This document shows positions 53,091-63,700 of a stretch of 64,000 nucleotides of DNA, piece after piece (position 1 is the stretch's first letter; every line of letters begins with the position of its first letter). The translations under genes were made by a program, and so were the position numbers. The stretch is from Patescibacteria group bacterium (GTDB lineage Bacteria > Patescibacteriota > Patescibacteriia > 2-12-FULL-60-25), in the NCBI GenBank assembly GCA_049325475.1, contig JBMOLN010000007.1:95489-159488 (forward strand), read 5' to 3'. Under the pieces are notes generated by a model, which did no database searches, had not been told where the DNA came from, and was given only the letters and a program-made list of their open reading frames with translations.

Positions 53091-53100
53091 CTTTTATCAA
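53072..53100 (-). promoter_or_regulatory. sigma70-like promoter TTGATA-17-TATAAT (minus strand) at edge of ORF-free region
   Basis: Minus-strand hexamers at 53100-53095 and 53077-53072. Overlaps a plus-strand terminator-like hairpin, so the interpretation is ambiguous. Confidence 0.35.
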
Positions 53101-53176
53101 TGGTGAATAACTTATTATTGTTATTTATGCCAAAAAAACCGGTTTAAAATCATTATCCACATCTTGTGGAAAAGTA

Positions 53177-54301
53177 TTAAAAATAACAAAAAATCACCTT
53201 CTCATTTTCAATTGAAATTTGAATTTGTTTAATATCCCAAAAACAAATGTCAGTCCATGAACAAATATTATTAATACTTGCCGCATCAAACAAAGCAATT
53301 TGTTTCCCCGGGCATGTCAAAGTTCTGACACTTTCTCTGCCGATCAATGAAATATCCGAATCAACAACCAAACCCTTTACTCCGCTCATCAACTCATTAA
53401 CATCAGTGCTGGTTGTAAATCTGTCGATTCTATATATCCTTTTAACCACATCGCCGTCCTCCAGCTCAAACTCCTTCTCTTCCACCATATCTGCTCCGGC
53501 GGCAATCCCAATTAAATCATCTGCTTGGCGTGTCGAAGGCACATAATCCACAGCTAGCGAACTTGAAACCGCTTCCCAGCTGATTACGCCCTTATTGGCC
53601 AAATCCAAATCATATCCGCTTTGCATTAAAAACGTCTCAACAATTTCCGTTGCATTACCATCCAAAGACACTGCCGATTTCTCCGCATTTGCAAATGAAA
53701 TATACTGCAAATCAGCAACGTTCATATCCGTACGCCAAACATGATCCTCCAGCTCGCCTTGCACCGATCTTGGCAGAGCAAGTTCATCGCCGGCATCCCC
53801 AAATACCTCTTGCAGATTCATATTTAATTTTGTATTTACAGTCTTTTTCCAAACAGGCCCCAATTCTTTATACGCAGAAGATCTTTGCCGGATAAACTCA
53901 TTCATATTTACACCTTCAATAATCCACGGCCCTTTGCCTTCTGTGATAATACTTAATAAAGAAAACCTCACAGCATATGCTCGCAGTTCGCCGTTTATAT
54001 CTTTCGCCAAGCCTGCGTAAGTCGGAAAATACTTGTTATTTTTCGCAACCTGCCGCCAAACATCAGGCGCATCCAAATCCAAAGAGCTCTGCGCCGGCAA
54101 AACAGCGGAAACCGCATTATTTTGCGCCACAGGAAAACTCGCCAAATGCCAAATCAATACATATACGGATAACACCGCAATCGCAAAACTCCCCGCCGCA
54201 ATAGCGAGGAGCTTTGGCAAAGCACTCCGTTTATTAGCCGTTCCGTAAGATAGGATGGGCGAACCCCGGAATGCCGCATCACGTATTAACGAATCTCTCA
54301 C
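53177..54301 (-). CDS. membrane-anchored hypothetical protein
   Basis: 374 aa with one N-terminal TM (LLAIAAGSFAIAVLSVYVLIW). GTG start overlaps the pnp stop (GTGA). Confidence 0.65.
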   Translation of the reverse strand: MRDSLIRDAAFRGSPILSYGTANKRSALPKLLAIAAGSFAIAVLSVYVLIWHLASFPVAQNNAVSAVLPAQSSLDLDAPDVWRQVAKNNKYFPTYAGLAKDINGELRAYAVRFSLLSIITEGKGPWIIEGVNMNEFIRQRSSAYKELGPVWKKTVNTKLNMNLQEVFGDAGDELALPRSVQGELEDHVWRTDMNVADLQYISFANAEKSAVSLDGNATEIVETFLMQSGYDLDLANKGVISWEAVSSSLAVDYVPSTRQADDLIGIAAGADMVEEKEFELEDGDVVKRIYRIDRFTTSTDVNELMSGVKGLVVDSDISLIGRESVRTLTCPGKQIALFDAASINNICSWTDICFWDIKQIQISIENEKVIFCYF

Positions 54302-56601
54302 AGTTGAATTGCAAATGGATCATTGGATTGAGGCTTATGCGGCGGCCTTGGCGGTCTGTCATGACCCCTGTCATTACCTCCGGAGCCGTGATGATGTGGT
54401 CTTCCGCCGCCGTTTCCGTCTCGTCTTGGCGGTCTGGGTCCGCGCGGGCCTCTTTCATCTCCCCCGCCTCTATAATCCGGATTTGCCCTCTTAATGGACA
54501 AATTGATTCTGCCCATTGAATCTATCTCATAAACCTTAACCGTCACCTCATCTCCAATATTAACAACATCCGTCACTTTATCAACCCTTTGCGGCGCCAG
54601 TTCGCTGATATGCACCATTCCTTCCTTGCCCGGCAAAATCTCCACAAAAGCTCCGAAATCCATAATCCTGGTTACCTTGCCCGTAAACACCTCGCCAACC
54701 TCAACTTCACGGGTTAAATTTAAAATCATTTCCTTGGCTTTTTCCATGCCTTCAGCTGAAACCGAAGTAATATAAACCGAACCATCATCTTCAATATCGA
54801 TTTCCACCCCCGTAGCATCAATAATTTCATTAATCATCTTACCGCCCGGACCGATCACTTCTCTGATCTTATCAGGATGGATATGTATGGTTTCGATTCT
54901 GGGTGCATATTTGGACAATTCCGGTCTGGGTTCCGCCAAATTGGCTTGCACTACATCCAAAATCTGCAGTCTGGCCTTTAACGCTTTCTCAAACGCTTCT
55001 TTAACAACCTCCAGCGGCAAACCTCGAGTCTTGGTATCCATCTGAATGGCCGTAATTCCCTCACGTGTACCGGCTACTTTAAAATCCATGCCCCCTTCGC
55101 CGTCTTCCAAATCTTGAATATCGGTAATAACTTTCCATTTATTTTCATCTTCAATGGATGCGACGCCAATCGCAATACCTGCAACCGGTGCTTTAATCGG
55201 CACGCCTGCGTCCATCAATGCCAAAGATGATGCCGTAGCCGAACCCATGGACGAAGATCCGTTAGATCCCAAAACCTCGGAAACAACTCTGATGGTATAA
55301 GGAAAATCCTCTTTATTGGGAATGACCGGTATTAAAGCTCTTTCCGCCAATCCTCCATGGCCGATCTCTCTGCGGCCCGGTCCGCGATTGCTCTTGGTCT
55401 CTGATACCGCGTACGATGGAAAATTATAATGGTGGAAAAAGCGGCGCGTTGTTTTAAATTCCATTGTATCGATATGCTGTTCCATGCCCGGCCCGCCCAA
55501 CGTCACCAAAGACAAAACCTGCGTCTGCCCGCGCATAAACAAACCCGAACCGTGCGTACGGGGCAGCAAGCCCGTATCCGCGTACAACGCACGGACTTCA
55601 TCAATGCCTCTGCCATCCGCTCTTTTACCTTGTTCCAATATCATGTCTGTCACGGCTCCATCCACGAATCCCTCTAAAACTTCCATGGCAACCCTCCTGC
55701 GGTCTTTGCCGATTTCTTTTTCAGTCAAATATTTTTCCAAGCTATCCTTTAATTTATTTACAGCATTCTTTCGATCTTTCTTGGATCTTAAGGGCTCGGC
55801 GAACAATTCGTTTTTATGCTCATTGAGATATTCATTGGCCATTGCCTGCAATTCCTCCATATCCTTTTGTGCAGCAATCTCTTCCTCGCTCTTTGCGGTA
55901 AATATATCAACCTTGGTTTTTCCATGTTCTGCCGCGACCTTATTGATTAATTCTATTACCGGCGCAAAACTGTTCTGAGCAAACTCAATCGCTTTAAAAG
56001 CCGCGTCCTCGCATACAATATTCGTCCCGGCCTCAAGCATAACTGTTTTATTGTTGGCTCCGGCCACAATAACTTCCATTCCGCCCTGTTCCACTTCTTC
56101 ATATGTGGCATTCAAAATATACTGTCCGTCTTTTTGACCGATTCGCGCCGCTGCAATCGGACCATTCCATGGGATGTCGGAAATCATCAAAGCGCAAGAT
56201 GAACCGATTAAACCGATTACATCCGGATCGTTCTCGCCATCATGACTTAAGACCGTTGAAACAACAGCAATTTCGTTCCTCATTCTGTCATCAAACAAAG
56301 GTCTGATGGCTCTGTCGATCAAGCGGCCCGATAAAATTGCCTCATCAGTAGGCCTGCCTTCACGCTTAATATACCTCGAGCCTTTAATTTTGCCCGCGGC
56401 ATAAAACTTTTCTTCATAATCAACTTGCAAAGGAAAAAAGTCCAAACCTTCGCGGATGCCGCCCATGGTTGCCGTGCAAAGCACAACAGTGTCGCCATAG
56501 CGCACAGTACACGATCCATTAGCTTGCTGGGCTAAAAGATCAATGCCAATAGTCAGGGTTCTTCCACCCCACTCAATAGAGTATTCTTTTTGATTTTGCA
56601 T
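54298..56601 (-). CDS. pnp: polyribonucleotide nucleotidyltransferase (PNPase) with Arg/Gly/Pro/His-rich C-terminal tail
   Basis: Two RNase PH domains, KH (IREVIGPGGKMINEI) and S1 (GEVFTGKVTRIMDFGAFVEI) domains. About 60 extra disordered residues at the C-terminus. Confidence 0.95.
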   Translation of the reverse strand: MQNQKEYSIEWGGRTLTIGIDLLAQQANGSCTVRYGDTVVLCTATMGGIREGLDFFPLQVDYEEKFYAAGKIKGSRYIKREGRPTDEAILSGRLIDRAIRPLFDDRMRNEIAVVSTVLSHDGENDPDVIGLIGSSCALMISDIPWNGPIAAARIGQKDGQYILNATYEEVEQGGMEVIVAGANNKTVMLEAGTNIVCEDAAFKAIEFAQNSFAPVIELINKVAAEHGKTKVDIFTAKSEEEIAAQKDMEELQAMANEYLNEHKNELFAEPLRSKKDRKNAVNKLKDSLEKYLTEKEIGKDRRRVAMEVLEGFVDGAVTDMILEQGKRADGRGIDEVRALYADTGLLPRTHGSGLFMRGQTQVLSLVTLGGPGMEQHIDTMEFKTTRRFFHHYNFPSYAVSETKSNRGPGRREIGHGGLAERALIPVIPNKEDFPYTIRVVSEVLGSNGSSSMGSATASSLALMDAGVPIKAPVAGIAIGVASIEDENKWKVITDIQDLEDGEGGMDFKVAGTREGITAIQMDTKTRGLPLEVVKEAFEKALKARLQILDVVQANLAEPRPELSKYAPRIETIHIHPDKIREVIGPGGKMINEIIDATGVEIDIEDDGSVYITSVSAEGMEKAKEMILNLTREVEVGEVFTGKVTRIMDFGAFVEILPGKEGMVHISELAPQRVDKVTDVVNIGDEVTVKVYEIDSMGRINLSIKRANPDYRGGGDERGPRGPRPPRRDGNGGGRPHHHGSGGNDRGHDRPPRPPHKPQSNDPFAIQL

Positions 56602-56830
56602 AAACTAACGCATTACGTCGTACGTCTATACGTCAGAAGTCTAAAATTCAGACTTCCGACTTATCGACTTATTGACGTTTGTGTTGCTTGCCCTGAAACT
56701 AAATCCCGCGCCGTGGCACGTGATGTAATTTTACGTGCTCTTTGGATCCCTGTCTCAGGACAAACTAATAAACTTAATTAACTAATTTAATCCACCGTCC
56801 AGCGTCACTCGTCCCACGTCATTGTGTTAA

Positions 56831-56865
56831 TTCGGTGTTCAGTGTTCGGCGTTCGGTGTTCGGTT
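56831..56865. repeat. heptanucleotide array (TTCGGTG TTCAGTG TTCGGCG TTCGGTG TTCGGTT)
   Basis: Within the 507-nt spacer upstream of pnp. Confidence 0.85.
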
Positions 56866-57000
56866 GTATCGGCGCGCCTTTATAATGGCACGATTAAGCC
56901 AAATAGTCAAAACCGACCTCGTATCCCTGTGCATCCGTTAAACCGTTATACCGAGAATAGCTCTGATTAACGGGTCAACGGGAATACTGGCCAACTTGTC

Positions 57001-57112
57001 TCGAATCTAGCTTCTAGAGTCTGACATTGTGTATCCTGTATCGTGTAACGTCTGACGTTTCGCGCTATACGATTCGCGATGCGCGAACAGAGTTCTAGCG
57101 TCTAGCGTCTAT
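57001..57112. repeat. phased heptanucleotide stutter array (16 units) with the same word order as 187-305
   Basis: TCGAATC TAGCTTC TAGAGTC TGACATT GTGTATC CTGTATC GTGTAAC GTCTGAC GTTTCGC GCTATAC GATTCGC GATGCGC GAACAGA GTTCTAG CGTCTAG CGTCTAT. The last unit contains a stop codon. Confidence 0.85.
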
Positions 57113-57606
57113 TTAGCCAATAAGTAACTCTTTATCGCCTTTACAACTTTCGAATCTTCTTTCAAATCTTCAACAAAAAGAATATGCTCGCGATTAATAT
57201 ACATCCTATCCTCCGGACCATGTAATTCATTCCCTAACTTGATTATCTTTAAATCACCTTGGCCTTCAATAATTCCATTGGCCGAAGCCCTGTCTGTTTG
57301 CAAATAATAAATATTTTTCAACACCAGTTCTTCTTCGGTTTTTTCCGTTATCATTCCAAAATAAACTTGCCCGTTAGACAAAAACACAGCCTGATACTCG
57401 CCTTCATAAACAGCTTCATCCGCAACATCTGTTTTATCTTCTTGAGCTTCGCTGGCCGGCGTAATGGCTTTAAAAAACCCGAACGCCCCGATTAACAAAA
57501 TCGCCGCCGCCCCGGCTCCAAAAAAGAACAGCTTAAGATCTACCGCAGGTTTATGATCTTGATTTTCAATTTTCGGCTCTTGAGCCTCTATTTTTTTACT
57601 TGGCAT
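57109..57606 (-). CDS. membrane-anchored hypothetical protein
   Basis: 165 aa with a single TM (LFFFGAGAAAILLIGAFGFF). Immediately downstream of the giant gene. Confidence 0.6.
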   Translation of the reverse strand: MPSKKIEAQEPKIENQDHKPAVDLKLFFFGAGAAAILLIGAFGFFKAITPASEAQEDKTDVADEAVYEGEYQAVFLSNGQVYFGMITEKTEEELVLKNIYYLQTDRASANGIIEGQGDLKIIKLGNELHGPEDRMYINREHILFVEDLKEDSKVVKAIKSYLLAK

Positions 57607-57620
57607 ATAAATTTAACTAT

Positions 57621-57676
57621 CAGCTATCAGCTATCAGCTATCAGCTATCAGCTAACAGCTAACAGCTAACAGCTAA
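57621..57676. repeat. two-state heptanucleotide array: CAGCTAT x4 then CAGCTAA x4
   Basis: Exact units read directly, between the giant-gene stop and the next gene's start. Confidence 0.95.
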
Positions 57677-57770
57677 CCTTAGTATATCAAAAAAACAACC
57701 CCTTTCAAAGAGGCGCTCTTGTCATTGTCTCCCGGTCACTGGACTATGACTACGACTAAGTACTATGACA

Positions 57771-60700
57771 TTATTGATCGGTTGTCGTTGTCGTATCCGC
57801 ATTTGCTTCCGCTTCCGGCTCCGTTCCATCAGCCGCAACCTCATCAACTGTCTCTGTACCGGTAACTTCAGACTCCGCCACTGTATCAACAATAACCACT
57901 TCCGGCTCGTCCGGTTCTTCAGGAACTGCAATTATTTCTAGCTCATCAGACTCCGTGCTTGAATCCTCCATAGCTTCATGCGAAGGAGGACGTGCTTCAT
58001 GCTCCGTGCCGTCTTGTGTTGTTGTCGCCTCATCAACCAACACTTCTCCCAAAACATCCATATCATATTCAATCTTGGATGATCCCATTTCCGTTACTTC
58101 TATTTCCAATGTCGTGCCATTGCTCACAAACACCTTGCTATCATCATTGCCAAACGCATGCCAGTTAAACAATGTATCCTCATAAGTCTTATCACTTAAA
58201 ATGATATCAAATCCCTGCAAAGTAATATTTTTTACGCCGTATTGGAATTCGTGCAAGCCGACCGGAGTTATCGTCACGATGGGCAAAGTCTCATATTCAC
58301 CTTTAAACGAAACATGAACTTCCGACTCACCCGACATGATCAAAGCCTGACCCACCGTATCTCGGCCAAATACCATATGCTTTTTAACCGTCACAGTTCC
58401 CTCAAAAATCGCTCCGGCCACATGCAAATCAGGAATATCTCCTTCTTTCAGTTCACCGCCTTGCAAAGTTATTCCCAACACCGACGACTGAATTTGCTGA
58501 TCCAGATTATTCTTGGAGAACGAATCAAAGAATACCGCCATCTTCACATGCTTCACTCCATTAATTTCGGCTTCAACCTTGGACCAATCAACATTTTCCG
58601 CGGCTCTGGCCACAACATAGCTCACCGGCTCATCTTGCAAATCTTTCATGGCATGACCCGCAACATCGGATGAAACCAGGTAATCGCCGACTCTGATATT
58701 TTTGCCGTTATCGGCAACCCAAATTTCACCCTTGCCTGCCGCCATTACAATATGCGGATTATCCTTGCTCGGAGTCAATTTTGGTTCCAAAACACTTACA
58801 TAAGCACCCATAACTTCCGCATCATTGGCCTTAGTGCAAAGCTTAACCCCGTAAACATACTGCGAATCAGCTCTGTCGTGCAATCTCTTATTCTCGCCCG
58901 TCATCACAACCAGCATTCCGCTCGAAATTTCATCATCAGTCCAAGCATAATGCGACCCGGTAAATGCATTGTAAGAAACCACACTTCCATAAATGGATAT
59001 GGTTCCTTCTTCATAATCATCCTGCTTTAAAGATATAATCTTGCCGTCATTGGAAACCCTGCTGAACGCGGCTACCGCCCCGCCAACTCTGCGGACGTCT
59101 AATGGCAATTCCGGCACCACAACTCCGATTCCCAAATTACCGGCAAAGAAATTCAATTTACCCGATTCATTATAAATTGAATAATCCGCAGTGGGTGCCG
59201 TACTCGTGCCGATCAATAAATTCGTATTATAAACCGCCGCCGTCTGTTCTTCCACCGTTATACCGCTTAATCTGGAAATCTTACCCGTGCCAGAATTAAT
59301 TGCGGACCGAACCATTAAACCATGAGCATAGGTAATCGATCCGTCACCGCCGTTCATAACTCCCAACGTAGCCCCCATGGCATCATGCACCAAGCCGGAA
59401 CCTTCATTAACAGCCATAGCCTCCAAACCGACCAAACCCTGCAGTAAAGCCGCCTGCTGGTCGCTGTTCATGCTGGCAACCGACTTCATTCCTTTGGCAT
59501 ATCCGCCCGCTGAAGTTATCCTTGCACTCATTTGCGAATACAAACCTACAGCGTTCTCTTGAGCCTCCTTAAGCTCATCGCTGACTTGCAATTTGGCTTC
59601 CGGCGCGTCTGTACCGATGCCGACCTTGCCATCCGTCTTGATTGTTAATGCGCTCAAATCCTTATTGCCAATAGTCAGATCTCCCAGCTCGTTTTCCGAC
59701 AAACTCCAAGCCGCAGCACCGATATTCAATTTCTCCGTCCATACATTGGACCATTGATTTTCCTTGGCGCCCAAAGAAAACGCGTTCGTCACCTGCGGCA
59801 GCAAATCACCCGTGCTTGTTCCGCCGCGGAACGATAGCGCCCAATTCGTTTCATTGCCTCTCTCCGCAATCGAATCCAATGTATCCATTTCATAATACAA
59901 GGGAGTACCCGTGGCAAACTGCACCCAGCCGTTGGATAAACCGTCCCCCGATTGCTTAATGTACGTCGTGCCATTTACCGTATCAACCGCCAAGTCACCG
60001 ATATTGCCGGCTACCAATCCTTCCGGAGATTTATCAACTCTGTACACTTCAAAATCACCGCCCGCATTTTCAAATGTGGCTATGGCGTTCTCTGATTCCT
60101 GATTGGAATCAACATGTAATTTTGATTTCGGTTTTTCTGTGCCAACAGCCAATGATCCGGCCAAATAAGTATTGCCCTTGGAATCCACGCTTGCCGCTTT
60201 TGTTCCGTCCGAACTTGTAAAAACAAATTCCGTATTTCCGTCATTATCCCCCAGCACAACATTCACATTACTGCCCAATTCGGTTTGCAGTTTTAATGAA
60301 TTATCAAATGAATTGTATCCGATCTGCGATTGTCCGTCTTTGCCGTTAAACTTAACAACCTTGTCTTTGTTCATCCAAATATTTTCTTGAACTTCTATAT
60401 TCTTAATCTTGGCATCGCCGTTCACATCCAATTCCACAGTCGGATTATCCATATTGATTCCAATGCGGTGATTTAAGGTATCAACCGTCATAATGGGAGT
60501 TCCGCCGTCCGCATCCATAAACAAAACTCCTTGCGCCGAATCAAATAACGGCCGCAAAATTATCTGATCTCCTTGCGGCATCAAATACAAATCCGAATTT
60601 TCGGTTGTCAGCACCGTGGCCTTGCCCAATGCCGTCTCCAAAGAGAAGAAATAACTTTGTTCACTGGCCGGATTCAAATCAAAACTTTGCGAGAGTATAT

Positions 60701-63700
60701 CGCCCGTTGCCAAGGAAATCGGCTTTTCTGCCGCTAAAGCTCCATTGGTCAGCATCTGCAACGATGAAGTACTGCCTTGCAAAGTTAATCCCGCCAAATC
60801 AGCGCTTAATGTTTGTTGCAATAACCATATGCTGGATGCCGCGCCCACAGAATTTATGGCAAAACCGCTCTTTTGCACGCCAAAGCTGGTTCGAACAAAC
60901 ATCATCACCGTTCCGGTTGTTGCTCCATTGGCTGTGCTGGATGTAAACGATTCCATTGCTTGGCCAAGTATCATTCCTGATTCACTGGATTTCATGGCAT
61001 AACCCGGAATTGATGCTGATGTCAGGTTGTCGCCGACTTTAATTTCGCCGTTCTCCAAACTGACTTTTACAGGAACGCGACCTACCAAAGCAATGGGCCT
61101 GGCATTTTCATCTTTGGGACCGGAAAGCAAGAAACCCGGCTTGGTGGAAACAACACCAACCAAACTTGATTCATACGGCATTGAAGATTTTTTAACATAA
61201 CCTTCCCACACGTCATCCAAAGCCACAACGTCCCCGGCTTCCAGCGTGGGGTCTGCCGATGGATACATTTCCGCCAAGTCATAAGCGCCCGCATCCGTAA
61301 TTATTCCATGCGAGAATTTAAACGCGCCGATTGATTGGGAATCCCCGGCACCGCTCATACTGTAAGCCTCATTATCAAACCAAACCGAGCCCGTGGCATT
61401 TCCCGCTTCAAAAGCAATATCATACGAACCGGTTCTGGCTGTCTGATAATACCAAACTTCTCCATCACCCGAACTGTTGCCTCGTCCCGCATAAAGATAA
61501 CCATTAAAATCCGCAAAGGCGTATGTAGCCTCAAAGCCGGTTCCCGCATCCGAAAGATACGCATTGGAAACATCATATTTATATATCTGTCCGCCGCCCG
61601 CTGTTGTTCCTTCATATCCCATAAAAAGGAAACCGTCATAGCTTAGCAAAGCCGGAATGCGATAAACACCGCTGCCATTATTTTGTGAAACCGCAATATC
61701 ATACGTGCTATCGCAGAGCGTTGGCAAGCCCAAAACTCCCGGATCGCAGCTGTACAAATCTCCATCTCCGCTGTCATTACCGGCTCCAAAATATAACAAA
61801 CCCCTATAGACCGCTGCGCTCTCAAAAGAGTCGTAATTAGAATACGGATCCGCTAAACTTACAGACCAGTCGGAAGAGCTGTCGCAACGGCCGGCATCTC
61901 CGGCTGCCGTTGAATCGCACAACATTAAATCATTATCCGAACCGTTACTGTTGCCCATCAAACCATATAAACGATTGTTAAAAACCGCGAGCGCCGGCAA
62001 CTCTTCATATCCTGAAAAGGAAATATTCGTCCAATCCGAGGAATTATCGCAAATATTCGCATTGCCCGCCGCGGCCGGATTACAAACTCCCACACTGCCG
62101 CTGCCCGAGGATCCCGTATCATTGGCAGCGTATAAATAATTATTGAACTCAATAATCTGACGGATTCTGTACGGTCCGGATGGGAACGAGGCATCATTCC
62201 AATCACCGCTTTCGCAAATATCCGCATCACCCGTTAGCCCCGGATTACAATAATATATATCACCCTCTCCGGCATCATCGCCAAAACCCGCATATAGATA
62301 ACCCTTATATGCGTATAAAGTATTTACTTGGTCATAACCCGTATTATAAGCCTGCGACCAATCTGCTGAATTGTCGCAAACCGCTGTATTTCCTCCCGCT
62401 GTCGGATCGCAAACATATATATCACCTTCACCTCCGCCATCGCCCCGTCCCGCATACAAGTGGCCTTTATATGACACTAAAGATCTGACCGACTCATAAC
62501 CGCCTCCTGATAAACCCGTATTTGTCCAAGTGGTTTCGGTTCGAGACGGCGCCGTGCCCATTATCAAAGTATCGTCCATCCTGCCGTCAAAACCTCCGCC
62601 TGATGATGTCACTGCCGAAATCGCCGCATCCAAATCCGCCAGCACTCCCTGAACTGTCGTGGCATTGGAATTATCAAATTCGTCAAACACTCCAACCAAT
62701 GCCGCGCCCGATGTCCATGGCGATGTGCCGATAGCATCCAACCTGATTCCTCCGATGGATAAGAAATCCGTCAATGCCAACGACGTTCCGGAAGCTGAAG
62801 CAAAAATCAAATCATTTAAATATGAAAGTCCGGCCACATTCAAAGTATTTTGAATGATAAGCCCCGCGGTCGAAGTCCCGCCGGCAAATTGCAAACCATG
62901 AGTTGTAATCGCTCCACGATCTGTCACATATTGCAAATCAATATTTGCAACCGTTGTCGATACTGTTTGCAAATCAGTTTGAGTGCCCGCAAGGCTTGAG
63001 GAAACACTGGCGATATCCGCCGTATTCTGCGCTATGCTGGATGTTGCGTTGGCAAGATCGGTTTGAAGATTGGCAATATCGCCGGTCACGTTAACTAAAT
63101 TTGAAATTGTCGTTGCGAGCGTAGAAGAAACAATCGCGATTTCCGCTGAAATGGATGCCAGAGTCGATGTTGCCGCGGCCAATTCGGAAATTGCATAAGT
63201 AATATCATTCGCATTTTGTGAAATCCAATCATCAAAATCCGCCAGCACTCCTTGCACCGTCCCTGCATTCGAGTTGGCAAATTCGTCAAACACGCCAATC
63301 AAAGTCGCTCCGCTGTTTGTATTATTTGTTCCAACAGCGTCGAGCTTAATGCCGTTTATTGTCAGATAAGATGACAGCGCGAGAGCCGTACCCGTTGCAT
63401 AATCAAAATCCAAATTATCGATTGCAAAATTCGTTGCTTCTAAGTTTGTTGCAAATAAATTTGTCGTTGTCGCATTGCTTGCGATAAATTCCGCGCCCGC
63501 GGCTGAATTAAATCCAAAAGTCGTTGCGTAAAGATCAGTTGATGTTGCGGCGGTAAAGAGTGAGTAATCAGCATCCAAAGTCCCTTGCACGTTAAAGTCA
63601 GACGTTGATGTGCCTCCGGCAAATTGTATAGCCAAAGAAGTCACATTGCCCTCTTCTGTCACCTGCTGAAATGTCGGCGTAGAAGTCGCGATCTGCTGGC

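Noticed and set aside
52895-53110. 71-aa plus-strand ORF
   Set aside because: It crosses several strong hairpins and a terminator-like structure and has no SD. It was treated as part of the non-coding region.
53151-53172. Perfect DnaA box TTATCCACA plus an inverted TTTTCCACA-like box: replication origin?
   Set aside because: Only two boxes, and together they form a small CCACA..TGTGG hairpin just downstream of a gene end. No dnaA/dnaN genes and no A+T-rich unwinding element with further boxes are nearby.
56602-57108. A missed rpsO (ribosomal protein S15) gene upstream of pnp
   Set aside because: No ORF of suitable size or composition exists in any frame. The region is composed of stutter arrays.
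187-57676. Could the repeat arrays be CRISPR arrays?
   Set aside because: Unit length is 7-8 nt with no unique spacers. There are no 25-40-nt repeats and no cas genes in the window.
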